64,000 nucleotides of DNA from an uncultured Pelagibacteraceae bacterium (lineage in GTDB: Bacteria; Pseudomonadota; Alphaproteobacteria; Pelagibacterales; Pelagibacteraceae), in the NCBI GenBank assembly GCA_902613915.1, contig CACMJB010000003.1, positions 15,214-79,213 on the forward strand, read 5' to 3'. Within the stretch, counting starts at the first letter, position 1. Each line of letters opens with the position of its first letter. The position numbers were made by a program, and so were the translations under genes. Below are positions 49,697 through 58,941 of the stretch, piece after piece. The notes under the pieces are model-generated. The model was given only the letters and a program-made list of their open reading frames with translations. It made no database searches and was not told where the DNA came from.

Positions 49697-52063
49697 ATGT
49701 TAAATTTTTTAAACTTTTCACTTAAATTTTTAATCATCTTCGTTGGTTTAATTGTTTTTTTTGTATTTTCTACTTTGTGGTATTTTTCAATAGGTCTACC
49801 TGATTACAAAAAGCTTGCAAATTATCAGCCACCCATATCTAGCAGAGTTTATTCAAATGATAAAAAACTTATTGCTGAATATGCTTTAGAAAAAAGATTA
49901 TTTATACCATATGAGTCAATACCGGAAAAAGTGATAAACTCATTTTTGTCTGCAGAAGATAAAAATTTTTTTTCCCATCCTGGAATTGATGCAAAAGGAA
50001 TTCTAAGAGCAGTGATAAATAATATTCAAAACATAGTACAAGACAAAAGATTAGAGGGGGCATCCACAATTACCCAACAAGTTGCTAAAAACTTTTTGTT
50101 AACTAATGAAGTATCCATGAAAAGAAAAATAAAAGAAGCGATTTTAGCTTTTAGAATTGAAAGAGCTTATACTAAACAAAGAATTCTAGAACTTTATTTA
50201 AATCAAATATATTTAGGTCAAGGCACCTATGGTATAGCAGCTGCTAGCCTTGAATATTTTGACAAATCAATAAAAGATCTGAATTATCCCGAAGCTGCTC
50301 TTTTAGCCGCTCTGCCAAAGGCACCCAGTAAATATAATCCATACAAATATCCAGAAGTTGCAAAATTTAGAAGAAATCTGGTTGTACAAAATTTAGCTGA
50401 TAATAACTTTATATCAAAAGAAGAATTAAAAATTTTTAAAAATATTAATCTTAAATTAAAAAAAAGAAAAATAGAAATTGTTAATGAAGCTAATTCTTAC
50501 ACTGAAGAGGTAAGAAGAAAAGTTAAAAGTATTTATGGATTTGAAAAACTTTATTCTCAAGGCTTAAGTATTAGTACACCTCTCAAAATTGAGTATCAAA
50601 TTCAAGCTTTAAAATCATTAAGAAAAGGTATCGAACAATATGATCAAAGAAAAGGCTGGAGAGGACCAATTACAAATAAAAATAAGAATAAAAACTGGCA
50701 AAATAAAATTTCAGAATATAAGTTAGATCCTACATTAAATTGGGAGTTAGCAGAGATAACTTCTGTTTTAGATGACAGAATAGTATTTAAATTAATTGAT
50801 CAAAACAATAAAAAATTAGAAAAAGGTATTTTATTATACAAGAATTTAAAATGGACTTTAAGACAAAAAAAATTTGTTAATGAAGTTCACAAAGTTGGAG
50901 ATATTTTTTTTGTAAAAAAAGAAAATAATAATTGGAATATCAAACAGTATCCAAAAGTTAATGGCGGGATAGTAGTATTAGATCCTTTTAATGGGGATGT
51001 TTTAGCTTTAGTTGGGGGTTTTAATTTCAGAACAAGTGAATTTAATAGAGTTACACAAGCGAAGAGACAACCTGGTTCTGCTTTTAAACCAATAGTTTAT
51101 GCAGCAGCTTTAGATAATGGTTTTGCTCCAAATACAATTATATTAGACGCTCCATTTGTTGAAAGTCAGGGTGTAGGACTTAAAAATTGGAAACCAGAAA
51201 ATTACGGAAAAAAATTCTATGGTCCATCAACATTAAGAAAAGGTATTGAATACTCTAGAAATTTAATGACAGTAAGAATTGCAAAAATTTTAGGTGTAAA
51301 AAAAATTTTAAAGCTTTCTCAACAATTAGATATTTACGATGAAATTCCAGAATTATTATCCGTATCACTTGGAGCAGCGGAAACTACTCTTATAGATTTG
51401 ACTTCTGCATATGCACCATTCATTAATGGAGGAAAAAAAATTTCACCAAAACTAATTTCTAGAGTTCAAGATAGAAGAGGAAAAACTATTTATCAAGAAA
51501 CTAGTAGAAGGTGTAATGGTTGCGATAAATTTATTAATAATAATGACTCAGAACTTCCAAACATTGAAAGTACTAGTCAAAAAGTAATTAGTAAAGAAAC
51601 TGCTTATCAAATGACCTCAATATTACAAGGAACCGTGGAAAGAGGTACAGCTAAAAAATTAAAACCTTTAAAAGTTCCTCTTGCAGGAAAAACAGGAACT
51701 ACAAATGATAATTTTGATGCCTGGTTTATTGGATTTACATCAGATATTGTAATTGGTGTCTACATTGGTTATGACAATCCAAAAACATTAGGCAAAAATG
51801 AAACAGGTTCTAAAGTTGCTCTACCTATCTTTAAAGATTTTATTGAAAACTCCCTTTACAAAGAGGATTTTAAAGATTTTGAAATTCCTGAGAATATTTA
51901 TTTAACGTCTTTAAATTACGATACAGGTATAAAATCAGCTCCAGGGGATAAAAAATCTATCATTGAGGCTTTGAAATTCAAAGATATTAACAATATAGAT
52001 AATAAAAACTTAATCCCCACAAACAGAAGTGATAAAATAATTAAATTCAGACAATTTTATTAA
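49697..52063 (+). CDS. mrcA: Penicillin-binding protein 1A (bifunctional transglycosylase/transpeptidase)
   Basis: GT51 motifs 'EDKNFFSHPGID', 'GASTITQQ' and 'RKIKEA'. Transpeptidase motifs 'SAFKP', 'SRN' and 'KTGTT'. N-terminal TM anchor. Confidence 0.95.
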   Translation: MLNFLNFSLKFLIIFVGLIVFFVFSTLWYFSIGLPDYKKLANYQPPISSRVYSNDKKLIAEYALEKRLFIPYESIPEKVINSFLSAEDKNFFSHPGIDAKGILRAVINNIQNIVQDKRLEGASTITQQVAKNFLLTNEVSMKRKIKEAILAFRIERAYTKQRILELYLNQIYLGQGTYGIAAASLEYFDKSIKDLNYPEAALLAALPKAPSKYNPYKYPEVAKFRRNLVVQNLADNNFISKEELKIFKNINLKLKKRKIEIVNEANSYTEEVRRKVKSIYGFEKLYSQGLSISTPLKIEYQIQALKSLRKGIEQYDQRKGWRGPITNKNKNKNWQNKISEYKLDPTLNWELAEITSVLDDRIVFKLIDQNNKKLEKGILLYKNLKWTLRQKKFVNEVHKVGDIFFVKKENNNWNIKQYPKVNGGIVVLDPFNGDVLALVGGFNFRTSEFNRVTQAKRQPGSAFKPIVYAAALDNGFAPNTIILDAPFVESQGVGLKNWKPENYGKKFYGPSTLRKGIEYSRNLMTVRIAKILGVKKILKLSQQLDIYDEIPELLSVSLGAAETTLIDLTSAYAPFINGGKKISPKLISRVQDRRGKTIYQETSRRCNGCDKFINNNDSELPNIESTSQKVISKETAYQMTSILQGTVERGTAKKLKPLKVPLAGKTGTTNDNFDAWFIGFTSDIVIGVYIGYDNPKTLGKNETGSKVALPIFKDFIENSLYKEDFKDFEIPENIYLTSLNYDTGIKSAPGDKKSIIEALKFKDINNIDNKNLIPTNRSDKIIKFRQFY

Positions 52064-53149
52064 TGGAAAACTTTGACAAAATATTTAACGAAGCCAAAAA
52101 AACTCTTAGTAATATAAGGGGGTATCTTTGATAAAAAAAAAATTGAAATTAAGTTAATAGAATTAGAGAAAGTTTCATTACAAGAAAATTTTTGGAAAGA
52201 CAAAGAACTAGTAAAAAAAACTATTAAACAAAAAAAATATTTTGAGGACATAATAAATTCATATAAAAAAACATCTAAAGATTTAAATAATATCGAAGAT
52301 TTATTTGACTTAGCTCGACAAGAAAAAGATGAAGACACTTTAGGTGACTGTGATAGAAAAATCTTAGATATTCTTTCTGAGATTAAAAAAAATGAAATAA
52401 ATTGTTTTTTATCTGGTGAAAATGATGATTATGACATTTATTTAGAAATTCATGCCGGAGCAGGTGGAACTGAAAGTCAAGATTGGGCAGATATGCTTCG
52501 AAGAATGTACATGAAATGGTTCGACAAAAAAAAATTTAAATACGAAATTATAAGTGAACATAAAGGTGAGGAGGCTGGAATAAAATCCTGCACAATAAAA
52601 GTGGAGGGAAATTATTTGTATGGTCTTATGAGATCGGAGTCAGGAGTTCACAGACTCGTTCGTATTTCTCCTTTTGATAGCGGAGCAAGAAGACACACTA
52701 GTTTTGCTAGTGTATGGGTTTATCCAGCAGTGGAGGATGATGTAAATATAAAAATTGAGGAAAAAGACTTAAGAATAGATACATACCGGTCCAGTGGAGC
52801 TGGTGGACAACATGTTAATACAACAGACAGCGCCGTAAGGATAACTCATCTACCAACAAAAATTGTAGTTCAGTGTCAAAATGAAAGATCTCAACATAAA
52901 AATAAGGAGACTTGTTTCAAAATGTTAAAAGCAAGATTATATGAGCATGAAATGCAAAAAAAAGAGGAAGAAAATCAAAAAGCTGTTAGCGCCAAAACAG
53001 ACATTGGCTGGGGACATCAAATTAGATCCTATGTTTTACAACCCTATCAATTAGTTAAAGATTTAAGAAATAAGACAGAAAGCACAAATCCCATAAGTGT
53101 ATTAAATGGAAATATTGATAAGTTTATAGAGGAGGGATTAAAAAAATAA
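52063..53149 (+). CDS. prfB: Peptide chain release factor 2 (requires programmed +1 frameshift at 52126-52131)
   Basis: Frame 1: ATG 52063 gives 'MENFDKIFNEAKKTLSNIRGYL' then TGA at 52129. The +1 frame from 52130 gives 'DKKKIEIKLIELEKVSLQENFWKD...' and is continuous with the tracked ORF, which contains 'SGAGGQHVNTTDSAVRITHLPT' (GGQ motif). Confidence 0.95.
52117..52131 (+). promoter_or_regulatory. prfB +1 ribosomal frameshift signal
   Basis: AGGGGG (internal SD, 52117-52122), TAT spacer, CTT slippery codon (52126-52128), TGA (52129-52131). These 15 nt are identical to the E. coli prfB recoding site. Confidence 0.92.
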
Positions 53150-55324
53150 ATGGTAAAAAAAATAATTTTAAATTTATTTTTTTTGTTAATTTTTGCCGTA
53201 ATAATATTTTTTGCGTTTCTTTCAACTATTGGAATTGAAACAAATAGATTTAATAAAGTAATAATAGATAAAATCGCTGAAACAAATAATATAGATGTTG
53301 ATCTTAAAACAATTAAATTTAAGTTAGACCTAAAAGATTTAAGTTTATATTTAGAAACCAATAAACCAGTTATTGTTTATAAAAAGATAGCAATTCCTTC
53401 AAACGATGTAAAAGTCTATTTAGATTTTTTATCTTTGATAAAAACAAATTTAAAGATACAGAAAATTAGTATTGACTTTGAGGAAATAGACATAAAACAA
53501 ATTAATAAATTATCAAAAATTATTAAACCATCTAATTTTAAAAGTTTTTTAAATAATAAAGTTCTAGAAGGAAAATTAACTGCAGTTATTGAAATTTTTT
53601 TAAATAATGAAGGTGGTTTTAAGAATTATATAGCAAGAGGCAAGATAAAAAGTTTGAAGGTAAATTTATTTAGAGATTTAAAATTTTCGGAAGTAAACCT
53701 AGATTTTTTTGCAGATAAAGATGATATAATATTTAAAAATATTTTTGGAAATGTTGAAGGCATCGTAATTTCAAACGGAGATGTAAAATTAAATTTAGAA
53801 AATGGAATTAAATTAACATCTAATTTTGAGTCAAAAATTAATTTTAATGAAACAATTTTAAAAAAATACTCTGAAAAACTTCCTAAATATGATTTTACTA
53901 AAAAAATTAAATTATTAAATGGAAATTTTAGTAACGATTTATCAATTAATTTCGATACAACTTATAAAATTAAAAATTTTAATTATCGAGCTCTTGGAAA
54001 AGTTGACAAAGGAAAAATAAATCCCTTAAAAAATATCAAACTAAATTTTTTAAATAATGAGATAGAAGAGATATTTTTTTCTAATTTAAAATTTGATGTT
54101 AAATTTTCTCCTAAAAAATATAATTTAATAGCTAATGGAGAATATTCATTTAATGATAAGGATTATTTAAAGTTTGATTTAGAAAATGTAACAAATAATG
54201 ACTCACTATCAATGAAAATAAATTTAGATTATAAAAATGATTTTCAGATAGATTTTATTAATTATAAAAAGCCTAAAAATGCTTTAGCAAAATTATTTAT
54301 AGATTTAAAAAATAAAAATGGCTTACTTAATATTAATAATTTTAATTTTACAGAGGGAAAAAACTCTATAAAAATAAACGGCTTGAGTGTTAAAAATAAT
54401 AAACTTTTAAATTTTAAAAAAGTTGAGGTTTTAACTTCCAATAATAATTTCGTAATTGAAAATAAGAAAAAAATTACAATAAAAGGTAACAATTTTGACG
54501 CTACTAATTTATCAAAATCGTTTAACGACCAAACCGAAACTGAAATGTTAAAAAATTTAAATAGCAAAATTGAAATTGATTTCAAAAATATAATAGTTCC
54601 AATGTCAGAAAAATTGAAAAATTTCAAATTAATTGGCGAAATAGAAAAAGGAAAGTTTGTAAAAATTTCTTCAAAAGGTGATTACGGTGGAAATAATTTT
54701 TTAGATATTTCTATGAAAAAAGATAAAACAACAAATAAAAATTTTTTGGAAATTTATTCTGATCTTGCAAGACCATTATTGAGTGAATATAGTTTTTTTA
54801 GTGGTTTATCAGGTGGAAAATTATTATTCACCTCTTTAATTCAAAATGAAAAATCAAATTTAAATTTAAAAATTGAAAATTTTAAAGTTATAAATGCTCC
54901 TGGTTTAATCAAATTACTATCTCTTGCAGATTTAGGTGGTCTAGAAGATCTAGCTAAAGGCGAGGGTTTATCTTTTGATATTCTAGAAATAAAAATTGAA
55001 AAAAATAAAAAATACTTAAAGATTAATGAAATATTAGCTTTAGGACCAAGTGTTTCAATTTTAATGGAAGGCTATCAAGATGAAGAAGGAATTACAAGTT
55101 TGAGAGGAACTTTAGTACCCGCTAAAACACTTAATAAGATAATTTCTAAAATTCCTGTTATAGGTAATATAATTATACCTAAGGAAGTTGGAGAGGGATT
55201 ATTCGGAATAAGCTTTAAGATGAAAGGACCAAAAGGTGAGATAAAAACTACAATTAATCCTATAAGAACTCTAACTCCAAGATTTATACAAAAAATTGTT
55301 GATAGAAATAAAAAATCTAAATAA
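53150..55324 (+). CDS. AsmA-family (YhdP/DUF3971-like) envelope protein
   Basis: N-terminal TM anchor ('LFFLLIFAVIIFFAFL'), a long beta-rich repetitive body, and a conserved C-terminal block 'PVIGNIIIPKEVGEGLFGISFKMKGPKGEIKTTINP' typical of the AsmA/YhdP C-terminus. 724 aa. Confidence 0.6.
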   Translation: MVKKIILNLFFLLIFAVIIFFAFLSTIGIETNRFNKVIIDKIAETNNIDVDLKTIKFKLDLKDLSLYLETNKPVIVYKKIAIPSNDVKVYLDFLSLIKTNLKIQKISIDFEEIDIKQINKLSKIIKPSNFKSFLNNKVLEGKLTAVIEIFLNNEGGFKNYIARGKIKSLKVNLFRDLKFSEVNLDFFADKDDIIFKNIFGNVEGIVISNGDVKLNLENGIKLTSNFESKINFNETILKKYSEKLPKYDFTKKIKLLNGNFSNDLSINFDTTYKIKNFNYRALGKVDKGKINPLKNIKLNFLNNEIEEIFFSNLKFDVKFSPKKYNLIANGEYSFNDKDYLKFDLENVTNNDSLSMKINLDYKNDFQIDFINYKKPKNALAKLFIDLKNKNGLLNINNFNFTEGKNSIKINGLSVKNNKLLNFKKVEVLTSNNNFVIENKKKITIKGNNFDATNLSKSFNDQTETEMLKNLNSKIEIDFKNIIVPMSEKLKNFKLIGEIEKGKFVKISSKGDYGGNNFLDISMKKDKTTNKNFLEIYSDLARPLLSEYSFFSGLSGGKLLFTSLIQNEKSNLNLKIENFKVINAPGLIKLLSLADLGGLEDLAKGEGLSFDILEIKIEKNKKYLKINEILALGPSVSILMEGYQDEEGITSLRGTLVPAKTLNKIISKIPVIGNIIIPKEVGEGLFGISFKMKGPKGEIKTTINPIRTLTPRFIQKIVDRNKKSK

Positions 55325-56555
55325 TTTTTATTAGAAAATGTTTCTTTTTACCGTAAGAAAGTTTTAGCGTCTTATCTTTAAAATCTTCTAGTTTCAGTCT
55401 CATTTTTACATCATTAATTACATTTCCATTAATTTTTAAACCTTTATTCAAAATTGCTCTTCGCACTTCGTTTTTTGAGGTTAAAATCTTATTTTCTGAG
55501 ACAAATTCTATAATATCAACTCCACTTTTGATTTTATCTAATTTAACTTTTATTTCAGGTAGTTCAGAGCCAAGCCCGCCACTTACAAAGGTATCTTTTG
55601 CAGTCTGCTCTGCTTTTTTTGAAGCAATCTCACCATGAAGTATTTTAGTAGCCTCATTAGCTAATAAAATTTTTAATTTATTAATGTTTTTTTCTTCTTT
55701 AAAAATTTTCTCTATTTTACTTACTTCAATTTCAGTAAAAAATTTTAAAAATCTTTTTACATCTCTGTCGTCAGTATTTCTCCAAAACTGCCAGTAATCA
55801 TAGGGAGATAAAAGTTCTGCATTTAACCATATTGCCCCTTTTTCTGTTTTTCCCATTTTTGCTCCAGATGATAATGTTATCAGTGGAGATGTTAATCCAT
55901 AAGTTTCTTTTTGAGATTTTCTTCTAATTAAATCTACGCCATTAATTATATTGCCCCATTGATCAGAACCTCCTATTTGCAAAATACAGCCGTTATTTTC
56001 AAACAATTGATAAAAGTCATATGCTTGCAAAATCATATAATTAAATTCCATATAACTTAGAGATTGTTCTCTATCTAGTCTTAATTTTACACTATCAAAT
56101 GTAAGCATTTTGTTTATTGTAAAATGACTTCCTGTATCCCTTAGGAATTGAATATAATTTAATTTATTTAACCAATCTGCATTATTTACAAAAATTGGTG
56201 CGGTCTTTTTATTTTTTGTATCTAAAACTTTCTTAAAAACTTTTGTAATACTTATAATATTTTTTTTAATTTCATTTTGATTAAGTATTTTTCTTGTTGA
56301 GTCTTTGCCAGAAGGATCTCCAATAAGTGTTGTGCCACCACCTAATAAAATTATAGGTTTATGACCATATTTTTGCATAAGTTTTAAGATCATAATTTGC
56401 AACAAACTGCCTACATGTAAGCTGCTTGCAGTACAATCAAAGCCGATATATCCAGATATTGACTTTTTGTTAATAATTTCAGCTAATTTATCTAAATTGG
56501 TACATTGGTTTAGATAACCTCTATCTTCCATTTCTTGTAAAAAATTATTTTTCAT
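55317..56555 (-). CDS. tyrS: Tyrosine--tRNA ligase
   Basis: HIGH-type 'SLHVGSL', KMSKS-type 'KMGKT' and a C-terminal S4-like domain. 412 aa. Confidence 0.96.
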   Translation of the reverse strand: MKNNFLQEMEDRGYLNQCTNLDKLAEIINKKSISGYIGFDCTASSLHVGSLLQIMILKLMQKYGHKPIILLGGGTTLIGDPSGKDSTRKILNQNEIKKNIISITKVFKKVLDTKNKKTAPIFVNNADWLNKLNYIQFLRDTGSHFTINKMLTFDSVKLRLDREQSLSYMEFNYMILQAYDFYQLFENNGCILQIGGSDQWGNIINGVDLIRRKSQKETYGLTSPLITLSSGAKMGKTEKGAIWLNAELLSPYDYWQFWRNTDDRDVKRFLKFFTEIEVSKIEKIFKEEKNINKLKILLANEATKILHGEIASKKAEQTAKDTFVSGGLGSELPEIKVKLDKIKSGVDIIEFVSENKILTSKNEVRRAILNKGLKINGNVINDVKMRLKLEDFKDKTLKLSYGKKKHFLIKII

Positions 56556-56611
56556 AGTTAAACAATACTTTAGTAACTATTATACAAAAATTGTTATAAA
56601 TAAATAAAAAT

Positions 56612-57730
56612 ATGCAAAAAAATTGGATCTCTTTAGGATTAATGAGTGGCACCTCTGGAGACGGTGTAGATGCATCTATCATCAAGACTAATGGAGTAAA
56701 TAAATATGAAATTATAAAAGATAAATATTTCGAGTATAATACTGAAATTTATAAAGATATTCACAATTTAAAAGAAAGAATTCATAAATACGAACATTTG
56801 GAAATATTAAAAAAAGAGATTATAGACCTAGAGAGAAAAATAACATTTTTTCATGCAAAAATTATTAACGATCTAAATATTGGTAATCAGACCATAATTG
56901 GTTTTCATGGTCAAACCATATATCATAATTTTAATGAGAGAGTATCAAAACAACTTGGAAATGCAAAACTCCTTAATCAATTATCAAAAAAAAATATAGT
57001 TTATAATTTTAGAAGTAACGATATTATGAATGGCGGCCAAGGAGCTCCATTAACACCAATTTTTCATCATTTAATTACACAACAAAATAAAATTGAATTA
57101 CCAGTTTGTTTTTTAAACATTGGAGGCATATCAAATATAACAATAATTAGAGAAAAAAATAATTTTTCTAAATTAATTAGTAGAGATATCGGTCCCGGTA
57201 ATTGTTTAATCGATGGATGGGTGAGAAAAAATTCTGATAAAAAATTTGACGAAGATGGAAAACTAGCTTTAAGCGGAACTAGAAATCAAATTATTTTTGA
57301 ACAAGCCCAAGAATTATTTGCAAACAGTAAAATTAAAGATAAAACATCCTTTGATACAAATGATTTTGACATCTCCTTCATAAGAGGTTTAAATTTAGAA
57401 GATGGAGTGGCAACTCTTACAGATTTTACAGGCAGTATTCTTGGTGAAGAACTATCTTTATTATTGGGAAATTATAAAGAAAAAATTAAAAATGTGCTTA
57501 TTTGTGGTGGTGGACGAAAAAATAATGTTTTAATTGAAAAAATTAAGGAAAATTTATCTGATGAAATAAATTTTAAATTAATTGATGACTATAAAATTAA
57601 TGGTGATTTTGTAGAGTCTCAAGCTTTTGCTTTTTTAGCGATAAGATCCCTTTTAAAACTTCCTATAACTTTTCCTAATACAACTGGATGTAAAAAACCT
57701 TCTTTAGGAGGTGATCTAATAAAAAATTAA
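56612..57730 (+). CDS. anmK: Anhydro-N-acetylmuramic acid kinase
   Basis: 'LGLMSGTSGDGVDAS', 'GFHGQTIYH', 'NIGGISN' and 'DIGPGNCLID'. Confidence 0.92.
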   Translation: MQKNWISLGLMSGTSGDGVDASIIKTNGVNKYEIIKDKYFEYNTEIYKDIHNLKERIHKYEHLEILKKEIIDLERKITFFHAKIINDLNIGNQTIIGFHGQTIYHNFNERVSKQLGNAKLLNQLSKKNIVYNFRSNDIMNGGQGAPLTPIFHHLITQQNKIELPVCFLNIGGISNITIIREKNNFSKLISRDIGPGNCLIDGWVRKNSDKKFDEDGKLALSGTRNQIIFEQAQELFANSKIKDKTSFDTNDFDISFIRGLNLEDGVATLTDFTGSILGEELSLLLGNYKEKIKNVLICGGGRKNNVLIEKIKENLSDEINFKLIDDYKINGDFVESQAFAFLAIRSLLKLPITFPNTTGCKKPSLGGDLIKN

Positions 57731-58383
57731 ATTAAAGCAGTTTTCTCTTTCAAATATTTCTCGATTTCAAGTTTTAATTCTTTTTCCTTGTTCTTAAAAA
57801 AATGATTAGAGTTTTTAACTTTTGAAAATATCACCTCAATACCTTTTTGGCTTTTTATTCTATCATCCAACTCTTTTATACTTTCTTTAGTGACAAGCTC
57901 ATCATTTTCACTAAAAATTACCTGACCAGATGTTGGACATGGAGCGAGGAAAGAAAAGTCATAAACATTAGGTTGGGGCGAAACAGCAATAAAATTATTA
58001 ACTTCAGGCCTTCTCATAATTAATTGCATACAAATTAATGAACCAAAAGAAAACCCTGATACCCAACACTGGCTATAGTCTAAATTTTGTCTTTCAATCC
58101 AATCTAAAGCTGCTGCAGCATCAGACAATTCACCTTGGCCATTATCAAAAACTCCATCACTTTTTCCAACACCTCTGAAGTTTACTTTGATTACCGAAAA
58201 ACCATTTTCTAAAAAAATATTATACATTAATTGAACTATTCTATTATTCATTGTTCCTCCGTACTGAGGGTGAGGATGTAGTACAATAGCTACTGGGGAT
58301 CCAAACTTTGGATTTTTATAATATTTTGCCTCGAGTCTTCCAGCAGGTCCCGGAATAAAAATTTCTAAACTTTTTGGTTTCAT
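57727..58383 (-). CDS. Alpha/beta-fold hydrolase (uncharacterised small serine hydrolase)
   Basis: 'VLHPHPQYGGTMNN', 'NFRGVGKS' and nucleophile elbow 'GFSFGS'. 218 aa. Confidence 0.75.
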   Translation of the reverse strand: MKPKSLEIFIPGPAGRLEAKYYKNPKFGSPVAIVLHPHPQYGGTMNNRIVQLMYNIFLENGFSVIKVNFRGVGKSDGVFDNGQGELSDAAAALDWIERQNLDYSQCWVSGFSFGSLICMQLIMRRPEVNNFIAVSPQPNVYDFSFLAPCPTSGQVIFSENDELVTKESIKELDDRIKSQKGIEVIFSKVKNSNHFFKNKEKELKLEIEKYLKEKTALI

Positions 58384-58471
58384 ACTTGATAATGATTATT
58401 ATTTTTAAAAAAAAGTTATCGTTTATAACATGTTTTTCTGCGGCAAATAATTTTTTTTAATTCAGACTAAA

Positions 58472-58499
58472 ACAGTAGGATTTACACTATAAATACTGT
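58472..58499 (+). promoter_or_regulatory. Candidate operator upstream of the Rrf2 regulator/suf operon (ACAGTA-N16-TACTGT)
   Basis: Inverted repeat with 6-bp arms, 17 nt upstream of the Rrf2 ATG in a 132-nt divergent spacer. I cannot align it convincingly to the E. coli IscR type 1 or type 2 consensus. Confidence 0.3.
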
Positions 58500-58515
58500 A
58501 ATACATGCGTTAATT

Positions 58516-58941
58516 ATGAAACTAACAACCAAAGGCAGATACGCTGTAATGGCAATGGCAGATCTAGCCTTATTTAAAGATAAAGGTCCTATAAGTTTGA
58601 CAGATATTTCTATAAGACAAAATATTTCTTTAGCATATCTAGAGCAAATATTTATTAAACTTAAACAAGAAAATTTAGTAAAAAGCGTTAGAGGCGCAAA
58701 AGGAGGATATGTGTTAGATGTTCCTCCTGAAGAAATAAAAATCTCCAATATAATTTCCGCAGTAGATGAAGAAATAAAAACTTTGAATTGCAAAAAAGAG
58801 TCAAAAAAAGGTTGCAATAATAAATCATCGAAATGCATTACTCATAATTTATGGGATCAGCTTGATCAGCACATAAATAGTTTTTTTGAAAAAGTTAAAT
58901 TACAAGATTTAGTAAAAAAAAATCAAACAGCAAATAAATGA
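58516..58941 (+). CDS. iscR: Rrf2-family transcriptional regulator, IscR-like Fe-S sensor
   Basis: N-terminal wHTH '[18 protein letters not shown]...[25 protein letters not shown]'. Three Cys plus His ('[20 protein letters not shown]') are arranged like the IscR [2Fe-2S] ligands. It overlaps the sufB start (ATGA). Confidence 0.85.
   Translation: MKLTTKGRYAVMAMADLALFKDKGPISLTDISIRQNISLAYLEQIFIKLKQENLVKSVRGAKGGYVLDVPPEEIKISNIISAVDEEIKTLNCKKESKKGCNNKSSKCITHNLWDQLDQHINSFFEKVKLQDLVKKNQTANK

Noticed and set aside
52060-52338. 92-aa minus-strand ORF covering the apparent gap between mrcA and the tracked prfB ORF.
   Set aside because: The plus strand here encodes the RF2 N-terminus once the +1 frameshift is applied, so the antisense ORF is a by-product.
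58482-58838. 118-aa minus-strand ORF overlapping the Rrf2 regulator gene.
   Set aside because: The plus-strand product has a clear Rrf2 wHTH and Cys ligands. The antisense product has no motif and would start inside the regulator gene.
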